Assembly (NCBI GenBank): GCA_001662655.1
Contig: KV460232.1
DNA length: 64,000 bases
Strand: one strand, 5' to 3'
From: Pseudogymnoascus verrucosus
Taxonomy: Eukaryota
Below the pieces are notes generated by a model. It saw nothing but the letters and a program-made list of their open reading frames with translations, was not told the origin of the DNA and did no database searches. Positions 27,001-39,737 of the stretch are shown here, in pieces (position 1 is the stretch's first letter; each line of letters opens with the position of its first letter). Position numbers and translations under genes: made by a program.

Positions 27001-30000
27001 GCCCAATTCTCCACCTATCGGGTCGACTAACGGCGGGACGTTTCGTGCGAACTTCCGATTGCACTGCTGCGCCCTGCGATGCTACGGTGAGGATGGGGAT
27101 GGGATGGGGATAGGGTGGTAGTAGGCGAGTGGTAGTAGGTGGTTCGTCAGTCAGGGCACAATTACAGATCCTGCGGTGTAGTAAGGGGGGGCCGGAGCGG
27201 AGCGGCGAGTGTGGTCGCACCGCGCGATCCCGCAATAACTCAGTTGGGCAAAGCAATCCACCAAGCGTGCGCTCCCTGCCTGTCCCCTGCGGAAAATCAC
27301 CCCCAAAAAAATCCTAGCAAGCAAAAAGAAGAAAGAGTGCCCATAGCGGAAGACATCCGGCCACCACACAAACAGCGGGAGGCGCAAGCAAGTCCCGATG
27401 TCCGATCCGGAGATGATGAGCACAACTCCCCGATCAGATACGTGCGTGCCCTCGTACGGTGATGTGGAGTTGCTACTTGCTAGGCGAGGGTCCGACACGG
27501 GTCTAAATAAGGGGTCCCTCCCTTCCTGATCGAGGAGGGGGCGGTCGGCACTGGGGGGGTAGTTGAGTTGACGGCGCTGGTGGGCGCGATGGGGGGAGGG
27601 GGGGAGGATACTAGAGGGAGGGTGGTTGCATGTATGTACAGTGCCGAAGGCGGAGGAGGACGGACGGCATCGAGGAGTGGCAGTGGGAGTGGTAGTGGGA
27701 GTGGGAGAGGTGGGATAGCTCGGTCGGAGGACTGTCTTCCCCGGCCGGCAGCGAGCGATTGCGATGGAGTTCGTTCGCGTCTCGGCCCACTCGCTGGAAC
27801 TCGGCGAGGCTTGAACGACCAATAGCTGATTTGGAATACCTCACTCGCATCTTAGTGATGCGTGACAAAGACGGAGACAAAAGCAAACAAACGGCAATAG
27901 AAACAACGGCAGTAGAAAACAACGGCAATAGGAACGACGGATCACACACCACACTCCACTCCATAATCTCCATACACCATACCATACCACCATACCATAC
28001 GTCCGTAAGCCGCAAAAACAAAACTCCAGTCCAGTCCACCACTACACGAAACGAACGTGCACATGCACCATTCGCAAAAACCCGACTCCACGGTCGACAT
28101 GCTATATCTCACCCCCCCCCACCATCCCCTAGCTCCACCACACAGCACAGCAAAACCAACACCATCCCAATGCAGCAAGCTGTTTGCTTATCGGTCCTTC
28201 GCTCCGGATCGATGGAGTCTGAGCGAGTGAGTGAGGTGTCGAGGGATTTGACTCGCGAAACGAGCGAACGGACGCGCTGGGACGTGGTCGGGTCCGCACG
28301 CACGCACGCACGTACGTTGGATGGAGCTTCCCGCCCCCATTGAGCAGGTGCGCTGCGGGAGGTACAGTTGAGAGGGAAGGTAGGTAGGTAATAGTAGGGT
28401 AGGTACTTGCTTTTTTACTTACTTCCTTACGGAACCTTCCTTGCTTCCTTCTGCGAGGATTGCGTGCGTAGAAATGCGTGGATTTGCGCGTGTTTGCCCC
28501 CCGTCACAAGCAAACACAGCCTCTACATTGTTGTTGGGCTTTCTTCTTCCAAAAAGGCGTTGTACGACGGGTGGGTGTTGGACCCCTCGCCTTCCAACAC
28601 GCCGGAAGATCACATCCCATCCCTCCCGCTTTGTTCTCAATCAATATACCGTACCCTCACGGATAAAAAGAATAGCGGGCGATCCCCAACTACCGCGTCC
28701 GGCCCCTCGTTAGTAAGGCAGTTTACCTCGTTCTCCCCGTCCACTCCGTCTGTCTAGAGGACAGATCGGCCGCAAACGAGCCGTGGTATAGTACAGTAGT
28801 ACACAGTACACCCAGCTTCCGCACTGGGCTGATTGGCTCACTTGTGGGGAGAGAGGGTCTACCGTTTCGCTAGATTCTGGTCAAAATACACGACTCGACG
28901 GCAACCACTGCTGCACGCACCGGCATACAGCGAGGAGCGCGACGGACGCGAGATGGGAATACCGAGGGTGGCAGGGGTACCAGGCGGGGATCTGCCGGCG
29001 TCGTGCGGCCTGGGTGTGGGAACTTTTGGTCTGGGAGGGGGGGCGGGTGGAGAGAGACAGGCAGGCTAGGGTAACCACGTCGTGGGGAGAGGGGTAATGG
29101 TGCGCTGATGATGCACAAGGGATGGGAGGGAGGGTTGGCGAGGATGGGTGCAGTAGTAATGTAATCTGGATGTACAGGTATTATAGTAGGGTGCATGCTC
29201 CTCCATGCTGGTGCTGTCAAAAATAAACCGAGGTACCTAACACCCCTGGCTGGGCGGGTTTGGGTTGATTGTTTGTGGTAATAATATCGAGGGTTGGTGA
29301 GGCGCATGCTGGTGATATATATTAATTGGCATATGGCATTGGCGCTGGAGGTGGTCGGTACCTTCCGTTTGCTTCGTGGGCTGTGCGATGGGGAGGAGGA
29401 CGGGAGGGAGCACTATACGTGCTGTCATCTACTGCCGCTTCATCTCTCACCTGACCTGGTAGTGGTGGTCCGTTCTCGGATGGAATAGCGCGTGGAAGAC
29501 TGATGGAAGACTTCGAATATAGTGTTTCCCGTCAGTGCCATAGTGCCGTGCGCAAAGTAAGGCGCCGTTACAGACATATCATATAGCAACCGCCGCTTCG
29601 GCAGATGATCGCAGCCACGTGAGAATGTCAGACTGACCTGCGAGACTACTGTTGTTGTAGCGTAGTATGGTGTGGATGGAGTAGTGTGGTTGGTTCGTCT
29701 GATGTTAACCGCCCACTAATCTAAGAGATGAGATCTCACTCACACACACAAGATGAAGTAGACTTTCTGAGGGACAGACAGCGAGATGCCGCACGCACGC
29801 ACGTTGACACGTTGGGGTCTGTGAGATGGTCTGGACTTCAGGACTTTCTGGCTGGCATGTGTGTGTGTGTGAGTGCATGTACTGTATGCACGTATGTACT
29901 GGGCAGATTGGAGTTTGTTGGAAGTGAAAGCATAATCTCCCGGCTAGAACGAAACGGGTCAGATTAATCGCCGAAGGGGGCGTTGCGTTGGATGTTGGAA

Positions 30001-32529
30001 ATGATGGGTAGGTATGGAGTGGCAGCACAAACGGAGATTATAAAAAAAGGAAGTACAATCGATTCAATTGACAAACAGATGAGGCCGATCCAGTCTCGGT
30101 GGTAAAAGCAAACATTCGGAATGGGGATAATGCGAGGGCAGGGTTGGCGGGTTTGAGAGATGTGTCCGTGGGGCTGCCTGGCTGTCCTGGCTGGGTGCTA
30201 TTGCTGTTGCCTTGGTGGTGGGTGCAGTCCTGGGTCCTGGTTTTTATGGCCTGAGGTCTGAGGCCTGGATGGGGCTTCTTTGTCGGTTTTGCTCGCTTGG
30301 CGAAAGGACTGAGCGGGACTGAGCGGGCACACGCGGGATACGGGTAGAGAAGTTCCGGGGAGAGTTCCGGGGGGGACTGGGATGGATTGGATGGGTTATG
30401 GGTTGGATGGATGGATGGGTACTTTGGTAGGAGTGGGAGTAGGTGTTGTGTTATTGGGGGAATGTAATTACGAGTCGTACTCGTTAGTAGGGAAGGAGGG
30501 AAGGGGTAAGGTCGGCTTTACGGAGGAAGTGGAAAGGGGAATCGGAGGAAAGAGAAGGAAGGGGAAAGAGGATGGATTGATAGACAGGGCAGGCATGGTT
30601 TACACGCAAAAAACCAATATCATAGTAATCTACGACCACTACCTACAATTTGTAGTACTGTACTCTATCAACTCTACTCTACTCTCCAACTCGCAGGCGC
30701 GGAATGCCCCGGTCGCCGGTGCCGAGCCGACTCTCCATACACTCTAGTATCCAGTATTGCGTGGTCCATGCATCCATCCACATCCACTCCAACCCTCGAC
30801 TGCAGTTACCTTCGCATATACGTACATCCACACCGAACCGCATGTACTCCCCGTCCTGTGGTTGGTTATTATCTGGCAATTTGGCGTTATGGGCGTAAAT
30901 CATAAACCGTACTTTTCTCCCTAAATAAACCCGCACACACAGAGAGAAAAAAACAAACACGTTTGTTTGTCTCTGTCCTTGTCACATGCCGTTACCCGGA
31001 CCGGAGAAACCGATAAACGTTTTTCGAAACCGCCACCATCTTTTACACACAGCTAACCAACCAACCACCCACCCTTTCCCCCCCTTCCCAAAAGAAGGTG
31101 TAAAGTTACATGGTGCAAAGAAGGAAATAAAAAAGAACAAAAGAATTTCCCAACCAACGCAGTAGGGAAATTTGAAATAGCAGGGGCGCTGGGAGGGGGA
31201 ATGATGCAAGCCACATGTCTCACCCTCACACTTTACTTTCCCCTGTGACAATCCCATCACGTCTATACACTGCCACTCACACAATCGCCATCCCCAACGT
31301 GATTGCCGTACCTGATCAGCCCGTAGCCGTGATCACCCACTACCACTCAAAAAATAACGGTATTCCCCATTCCCCCCCATACCCAAGGGGGGGCCGAATT
31401 CATAATCATCCACCCCCTCTCCTCTAACCATCTGTTACCACTTACCACTTACCACTCTTTTACTACCTCTACATACCGCGTCCACTAACCTCCGCTACAT
31501 GCCCTCACTTACCACACCTTCGCGTCTACTGGCTTTATCCAGAGGGTGTGGGGACGGGTGGTACACAGAATCTCCAGATGGACAAGTCCTCGGCCCGCGT
31601 CTAAAGTATTGGACCGGGTTGTTGAGGGGTGGGGGAGGAGAGGCCGAGAGGGGAGGAGGGGCGGGGGTGGAATGGGGCGGAGGGTAGCAGCAGTTTATAG
31701 GACGAACACGGCACATCTGGTGAAACGAGGACCAGGTTTATGAGGGGATGTTGAATGTAACTGAGGATCCATTCTCTCTTGCCGCGATGTTATGCACTGT
31801 CTGTCTGTGGGTGTCCTTATTATAACAAATTATAGACGGCATAGGCAAGGACGGTGCGCAGAGTTTTTAGCAGGCCATTTATTTTCAGATCTCGCTCTTG
31901 TGATTACACCGAGGAGACGAGGGTTCGATTGTCAGCATGCCATTCTCATTATACTCTCTAGTGAAGTGATTCATGCAGAGATTTTACATGCTATACGTAG
32001 TACTACTAGGAAATCAGTAGAGTAGTAGAGGAGTAGAGGCACCTACAGATAGGATGACGGGGATAGTGGGGAATAATGGCCTAGTAGGTAGTCTGTTCCT
32101 TCCGCTCGCGTGGATACGGACTTACCTCGCACTTGTTCGGGCCTGTTCGCACTTGTTTTTTTCCCTTGCGCGCTACTGCTGCTACTGCCATTTACTTGCC
32201 ACTTACTACTTCTTCCCTTGAATCTACTAGATCGACTATGGAGTAGTAGAATACTAGACTACTATAGTGCTTTTTACTACTATGGCTGGCAGTACTCCTA
32301 CCTTCACTTTTCATAATTAACCCGTAGACGCGAGATCCCATTCCCCGCCTTTATAGAGAGTCCCGCTCTTTTTTCTTGTGATCCTCACTTTATGGAGTTA
32401 ATCGAGGCATTCCCTACCGAGAGAGCCCACTTTCTCAAACTCTCCAAAGATACTTCCACCTACCTGGCTCTTGAAATAACTTACCAAGCCAGAGTAGTAA
32501 CGAAAAACTCGGCTCTTCTTGCTTCAGTA

Positions 32530-32625
32530 ACTACTTTTACTATCTACTACTTTACTACTACTTTACTACTACTCTACTACTACTAAACTATTATTGTGCA
32601 TACCATCCTATCCTATCCTATACAT
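32530..32625. repeat. Degenerate (CTA)n and (CCTAT)n microsatellite
   Basis: Visible tactactact... run followed by ccatcctatcctatcctat. Confidence 0.8.
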
Positions 32626-33954
32626 ACGCACGTACGAGTCGTTCCAGCGGATCCAGGAGATTATTCTCGCCTTCAGAACACTCAATCGCCTTCCTGTTTA
32701 ATATACGTTGCAGTCCAGTGCCTTGCCTAGCTGTTTTTTCCCGCATCGACCCCACAGCTATAATCCCTGAGATCGAGACGAGCCGGCAGCATCGTGCACG
32801 CCCTGCTCTGTCTATTATCTGAACCATCCTATCCTACTTCGTCCTCGTACATACCTGTACTCTCCTGCCCTGCCCCTCGCCGCCCACTCTCCAGGAACCC
32901 TGGAAAGGACCAACAAGCATCCTTCCTTCTTCCTTGGCAAAGAGAAACCACCACCAAGCGACCTTGTCAGCAACGCTCTCAGAAAGACACAGGCATCTCT
33001 TCTCCCCGGAACCCTACTCAGCTCGCCCTTTTGGGGAATTCTTCTCGAATCAACTTAATCTTCTTCCATCTTCATTTATTCCCCGTCAAACAAGAAGGCT
33101 CGGACACTACCGCAAACTCCCAAGCCACCTCACCTCGCCTACCTTTCACATTCTCCCCTTCCCTTACATTCCTTCCTTCTTACCTGCATTTCACCTGCAG
33201 TTTTCTATGCACCTCGAGTAAGTAGCAAGGACAGGGCTCCCCCGACCCATAACCTGGTTGTCTGCATTGGCGAACGCTCTAAAGAGTCCGCTCCAAGGCC
33301 CGCAAGGGACCCTCCCAAAGGACCCTCTGAGGATCCCCCCAAGACCAAGACGCTTAATATAAACCGTCCCTGATCAGTCCACCCGAAACTACCAACCCGG
33401 CTGGACGAGGGGAAACCGCTCCCATCTAAGGTCCTTTGGGGTTGCATGTATTGTTTCTTCACAGTCGCGACCTGACTCTTGGCTTGGTACTGTACTTTCT
33501 GCTACAAACGAGTCTACCAGGGAGACAAGGTCCCTCCTCCCAAGTACCGGTGACCATAAAGACCGCCCCCAGAAATCGAGCGGAAGGGAATACCCACATC
33601 GGCCCTCTTTTGAGAAGAGCAGACGCCCCCCCCAAGACTTCACCTGGTCCGTTATCCTTGATAGCCACTAGGCCTTCCTCTATCGTTTATTGCTCTCGTC
33701 AACGAAGCACGCACTCGCCATCCCGCCACTCCATTACAACAAAACGGCGTCGCTTCCCTACAAGAACCTCCCCCAATCCTTGATCTACGCCTCCGCATGT
33801 TAGATCTCCACCGGTTGATCTATTGACATTTCCAGCTCCCAGAAGGATCAGAGCATCCGTGCGGCGCTTGTGTATGGGCCTGGGATAAGCTGGATGACCT
33901 TCTGAGCAGCCCCGCGAAACTTCAACCCCATTCTCAAAGTAAACTCAGGACCAA

Positions 33955-36900
33955 ATGTCGCAGATGTACGCGCAACCGCCCGCTATCACTTCCATATTTG
34001 AGCGGTCCTACGCCCATGACCAGATCAAAATCAACTCCCTTAAGCTTGGAGAGTTGAACAGTGGTCGTATGTATCCCACCTCGTTACCTGAACAGCGCGA
34101 AGATCGCAGTAGTTGGAATGCACCACGCCCCGAGCCACTCTCGTTATCAGAACAGCACAAGCGCGGACCATACACCATCCCGCCGCCAGACAGAGCTTTG
34201 GGCGATGAGTCTGCTCGCCCGGAAATAAGTCCGAGGACTACAAATGGAGAGCGACTACCGTCGTTGAGCAGCCTGTTCAGCTCAGCGCAGGCTCCGTTGC
34301 CTGCTCGATCCCCGTACTCTAACCCGAGCCCAACATTCAAGCCAAGGTCTCCGGAATCTGCAGCGAGGAAGGCAAGTGCGAACCATTTGGATCAACTATG
34401 GGATCCGTCATATCGTCGCCCTCGGTCTGAGCCGTCTGGCCAATATCCTTACAACCAATCTCCCCATTCAGTCTCGTCGGATCGCCTACCACCTCCTCCG
34501 CGATCTGTTCTGGACCACAGGAAACCAGAGTCCCCAGGATACGATGCAGTGTCAGAATATAGGGAAGCACAGTATGGCCGATCATCGGCGTCGTCAGTAC
34601 GGTTCTCACCTGGATCAGAGGCGTCGTATCGTGGATATTTCCCTCCAATGCCCAAAGATGCAACCTCGCCCTACGGACACCCCAGGGACCAGAAAGCTTC
34701 TCCGCATATCCAGCTGCACGAGCCGGATATGAGACATTCATACGCGGGATCCCCTCAATCACATGCCATGAGGAACCCATACCACCAGACCCCTCCCAAC
34801 GCATTATCATCTGGCCCAACATCTCCCAAGGACACGCTTGGACCTAAGATTTGGACTGGCACTCATTTCCTTCCTCGATTTGTCCGTCAAGCTGAAGTCC
34901 CTGGCGAGGGAATCTGCTACTTCTACGACGATGGGACGCATTGCAAGACTGTTATTGATGGCGAGCCGGTCAATGCACATTGGGGTGTTACGAAGGCGGG
35001 CAAGCCGCGGAAGAGGCTCGCCATTGCTTGCATTACCTGCCGCGAGAAGAAGATAAAGTGCGACCCTGATTATCCGAGATGTGTCCAATGCGACAAATTT
35101 GGACGGGTCTGCAAGTTCAAGAATGCGTGAGTTGACTCCTTTTGCTCTTCTAGAATGAAAACTGACATTGTGATAGCCCAAGAGGTGGTCAAGGCTCACC
35201 CGAAACTCCACCAGCGGATCCAGAAGACGCCGTGACGCGCTCGGTATCCCAATTATCAGAGCTTGATGGAAATAAAGCTGAGAAGCGTGACCTTCATTAT
35301 GCGCCATACCAGCAAGGACAACGTAGCCCGGGATCGGAAATCGATGAGAACGCACCGAAACGGCACAGAAGCGCGTATGACGCGTATATGCCCGTGAAGG
35401 CCGATAGAGCAGAGGGGCATTTCAACCCAGTGTATTCGCATCAACAACCCTCTCCGAGCTTGAACTACCGGTCTTTGGACTGGTGCACGAGACAGGCGAC
35501 CGAGAACCCGTTTGAGACGAATGAGGCACTCTCGTTTGATCTCCTAGACAATTTGTTCCTTAACACCTCATGCACTACTTACCGCTTTTTGCCTGAGCCA
35601 CACTTCCGAGCATGGGTCGCCGATCGCAGCATAAGGAAGAGCCCCCAGGATATCATGCTTTTATATGGTCTACTTGCGCTTGCGACGGTGTTTTCAACTG
35701 CAGAGGGCGCCAAGCAGCGAGGAGAAGAGTTTGCGGCTGTCTGCCGATCTGCTGCTGAGGGAAGCGAGTTCAACCTGCATCTTGTGCAGAGCAGGCTGCT
35801 CCTTTCGCTATACTACGTGGCTATCAACAAGTACCGCGAGTCGTTGGATTTCTGCGGCTCGGCCGTTCGTGCGGCGACGTGGTTGGGCTTGAACGTGGAG
35901 TTGGGCGAGTCTGAGAAGGGCTCGAATACGACTATCTTCAACCTCGACCGTGTTGCCTATGCGGAGTGCCGTCGCCGAACGTTCTGGTCGTGTTATATTA
36001 TGGACCATTTCAGTACTTTCTGCAACGGCCACCTCAACACTATTAACCCGAATAACATCTTTTTGCGCTACCCAACTACGACAAAGAACTGCGAAGCTCT
36101 GACTGACGCCAGCGCGCCGTTTTTCGTTCCGTCTGGAGCATTGGCCCAGAGCAGCCTCAAGGATGTTGGTATTACGGCCTACATGATCAACATCTTGGCT
36201 ATCTGGGGAGATATACGTGATTACAACTATCGTGCTTCCAAGTCGCCCAATGTTGCAGTTACAGAGCCATTCTCGGCATTCTACGCCACGACCATTGCGC
36301 GACTTGAGGGATGGCGTGCATCCCTGCTACCATCCGCCGAGAACACCTTGGAGAATCTAGATGCCGCGGTAAAAGACGGCAGTGTTGGAAGCTTTGTGAG
36401 CCTGCACTCTCTCTACCTCGTCTCATATGCAAACCTCCACCGCTATGGACGATTCGATTCCGCAACAACCCCCACTCTCAAAACCAGCCTACGGATCACC
36501 TTCGAGCACGCAAACGCCATCCTCGACCTGGCGCAGAACATGGCTAGCCGCACAGTCCGTCTTCCGACCACTCCCGCTGCTTCGACGAAGTTCTCGAGTC
36601 CGTATTTTGGTTTCATAATCGTAAACGCCATGGACATCCTGTCTGCGAAGGGACGATTAGCTGATATCACGACATTCCACGCCCGCATCGAGGGGCCGAG
36701 CAAGATCGTCGATGAGCTGGCTAGCTTCTGGCACAGCGCGCGCCTACAGCAGGATCAGGTCAAGGCGCGGCTCGAAGCGCTCTTGTCCCTGCCGCTGCTC
36801 ACGAATGGATGGAATGCGGCGAACTCGTCGGCGGCGGATGCTGGTGTGAGGGGCGTGGGCGAGGCGGTTGTGGATGCCGAGAGGGGGGTTTTTGAGATGA

Positions 36901-36992
36901 GACGCTCGATCAATTCGCTGGAGGGGAGGGGGGCGAGGGATAATGTTTATGCGGCTACGTTTGAGGTGTGGGAGGATGCGGTGAAGCTGTGA
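33955..36992 (+). CDS. Zn2Cys6 transcription factor with fungal-specific TF middle domain
   Basis: RKRLAIACITCREKKIKCDPDYPRCVQCDKFGRVC; intron 35127-35176; ECRRRTFWSCYIMD motif. Confidence 0.92.
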
Positions 36993-38112
36993 GAATGGAT
37001 GATGTGAGAAGTGAGAGGAGGGTTTGGGATAGGGATTGGAAAGTCCCCGGATGGATGGATGGGCTGGGTCTTTGGGTTTTAACTGGAGTTTTTGCTTTTC
37101 CATTTGCAGGCGGCTGTTTCTATATATATGCATCATGTAACAAAAGTTTCTGGGATTGGGATTGTCATCATCTAGGAGGATAGATGGGAGCGAGGGGGGT
37201 GGATTTTTGAGCAACGAGGGTTTTTGCGAAGTGGAGGGACAATAGGGGATACATGATGGAGGGGTGTTTGTATAGGAGAGAGTGATAGAGATGAATGAGC
37301 AGAGAAGAGGGGGTCTAGATCAAACGACATGGATATATAATCTTAGTATAGTAATCTACCTTCATCAACAACAGCTTCTCATTCAAATCCATGAAATCGC
37401 TCAAATCCCCAAAGTCCCAAAAGTCCCTAAACTCCCACATCCTCACAATCCATCCCCATCTCCCCAAACATCCCACCAATTCCACCCCTCTCACAAACCC
37501 CACAAACCAAGCCAAAACAAACAACACAAGACATGTAGTCAGAATAAAGCCCACGCCATCCCATCCCATCCCCCCATCCCATCATCCATGACACACCCAC
37601 TAGTAAACGCACCACCCCTCCCTCCCCCGATCGATCGGATCGCCCCCCCCATCCCATCCCTCATGAAGGCTCTATGCCCGCGCTCCTCTCTGGGCCAGAG
37701 AGAGCCGGTTGGCTGAAGCGTCGGCGGTGTTGCTCGATTCGGGTTGTGACGGCGAAGTGGGTGCGTGTAGGGTGTAGGGTGCTTGGGGGCGGGTAAGTGA
37801 TTTGCCGGGGCGGTGAGGGAGACGCGGCGGCTGGGCGAAGGGTGGTGGTGGGTTGGGTGGAGGTGGAGGCGGGTGGTCTAAGCGCGAGGCTGTGGGTTTT
37901 TGTGGATGGGATGGGATTGAGGCTGGGTGAGGGTAGAGATGGAGGGATTGGATTTTGACGACGACGACGCTGCTGTGTATTTACTTTCCGGACGGGTTCG
38001 ATACTTGACGACGGGGATTACTCGCAATGCACCAACCCATCTAACCACCTACCTCCACACCTCATTTTCGACCACACCATCCCCACCACCAATCCACCAA
38101 CATAAACCCAAA

Positions 38113-39216
38113 ATGACGACGACCACGCCCTTCCCATCCACCCCCATCGCCTCGCTCCCCGGAACCCCCTACCCCATCCACGCGCTCGCCTACTCCGCTG
38201 CCCCGGCGGCATACATACTCACTGGCTCGGGGGATAGGGCGATAAGGCTGTATAACCCGTTTCCGGCCAGCGGCGGGCCGAGGGGCGCGGTGCAGCCGGG
38301 GAAATTGGTGCAGACGTTTGAGGCGCATGGGTATGAGGTTTTGGATTTGTGTGTTGCTAGGTACGTCCCCTTTTTCTTTTCGCTGGTGGTGGAGACAGAA
38401 GAGCAGAGGCTAATGCGATTGTCCTGTAGTGATAATGCGAGATTTGCATCTTGTGGAGGGGATCGAGGGGTGTTCCTCTGGGACGTAGCGACAGCGAAAA
38501 CGACTCGACGGTTCGGCGGCCAGCACGGCCATACAGCTAGGATCAACACCGTAGCCTTCGCGGGCGTGGATGAGAGTGTCCTCGTCTCCGGTTCCTTCGA
38601 CGCCAGCGTGCGATTATGGGACGCGAAAGCCTCGTCGATGAAGCCGATACAGGTATTGAGTGAAGCGCGGGATGCGGTACAAGTTGTCCTCGTCTCACCT
38701 GCGCGGCCGGCAGAGGTGCTAGCGGGGAGCGTGGACGGAAGGGTCAGGTGCTATGATATCCGCATGGGGCGGTGCGTGACGGATGTTATCGGGGAGCCTG
38801 TGACTAGCCTCTGCGCGACGGGCGACGGGGAGGGAGTCCTCGTCGGGTCTCTCGGGGGGGTGAGACTGATGGATCGCGGGAACGGAGGGTGTTTGATGAA
38901 GTATGAGGGGGCGGTGGGTGGGGAGTTTAGGGTGAGGAGTTGTTTTGGGGGGAGGGGGGAGAGGTGGGTGGTTAGTGGGAGTGAGGCGGATGGGGAGGTG
39001 GTGGCGTGGGATACGATGACTGGGGGGGAGGTGGCGAGGGTGAAGGTCCCGAAGGGGGTGGAGAGCGGGAAGAAGAGGCTGGATGCGTTTGGGAAGGAGA
39101 GGGAGAGGAGGAATGTGGTTAGTTGTGTGGCGTGGAGGAGTTGGAAGGGGAGGAATCAGTGGTGTTGTGCTGGGACGGATGGGGCGGTGACGGTGTTTGG
39201 TGATGCTGAGAGCTGA
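38113..39216 (+). CDS. WD40 protein, WDR83/MORG1-like
   Basis: YILTGSGDRAIRLYNP, HGYEVLD, FASCGGDRGVFLWDV, SGSFDASVRLWD; in-frame 69-nt intron 38361-38429. Confidence 0.85.
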   Translation: MTTTTPFPSTPIASLPGTPYPIHALAYSAAPAAYILTGSGDRAIRLYNPFPASGGPRGAVQPGKLVQTFEAHGYEVLDLCVARYVPFFFSLVVETEEQRLMRLSCSDNARFASCGGDRGVFLWDVATAKTTRRFGGQHGHTARINTVAFAGVDESVLVSGSFDASVRLWDAKASSMKPIQVLSEARDAVQVVLVSPARPAEVLAGSVDGRVRCYDIRMGRCVTDVIGEPVTSLCATGDGEGVLVGSLGGVRLMDRGNGGCLMKYEGAVGGEFRVRSCFGGRGERWVVSGSEADGEVVAWDTMTGGEVARVKVPKGVESGKKRLDAFGKERERRNVVSCVAWRSWKGRNQWCCAGTDGAVTVFGDAES

Positions 39217-39737
39217 GATGTGGGGGTGTGAGCGGAAGGCATCTCGGAATCGAGGAGGCAGGTGATTGATACCAGATCGGCTTCGGGTTGGAGATATGAT
39301 CTCAGAATATGCGACAGGGCCACCGGATTGTTGAAATGACTGGCCTTTGATAATCAAACTATGTCTGGGATTCTTCTGGTATTCGCCGTTCGAATAGAAG
39401 TGTGTCTGGAATGAAGCGGGAGCTGGTGTTAATGAGACCAGTGCTGGAAGAAAAGCTGAGAGTCCTGAAAGCTTCATGGATCCGACCTGTTTGATGCGGA
39501 TGAGCTGGAATAGAATACTCAGGACAGAATGATAAAGCCTGGAAGCATGCCCTGTGCTTGCAACGAGAGCGTTCAAATCTTATCGAAACAAAGAAATCTA
39601 GCGTGGTGATATGCGAAAGGGGGCGAACAACGTCAACAAAAGCTTCAAACAATGAACGCCCAAACAACCCCCGCATTCGACCTCCCTCACAGCCTCCAAA
39701 AGCAGGCCCCAGAAATATAAAAAAAAGCCAAAAAGAA

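Noticed and set aside
21020..33950. Telomerase RNA or an LTR/transposon in the gene-poor region
   Set aside because: I found no TAACCCTAA template, terminal repeats or transposase/RT motifs by eye; not excluded without a search.
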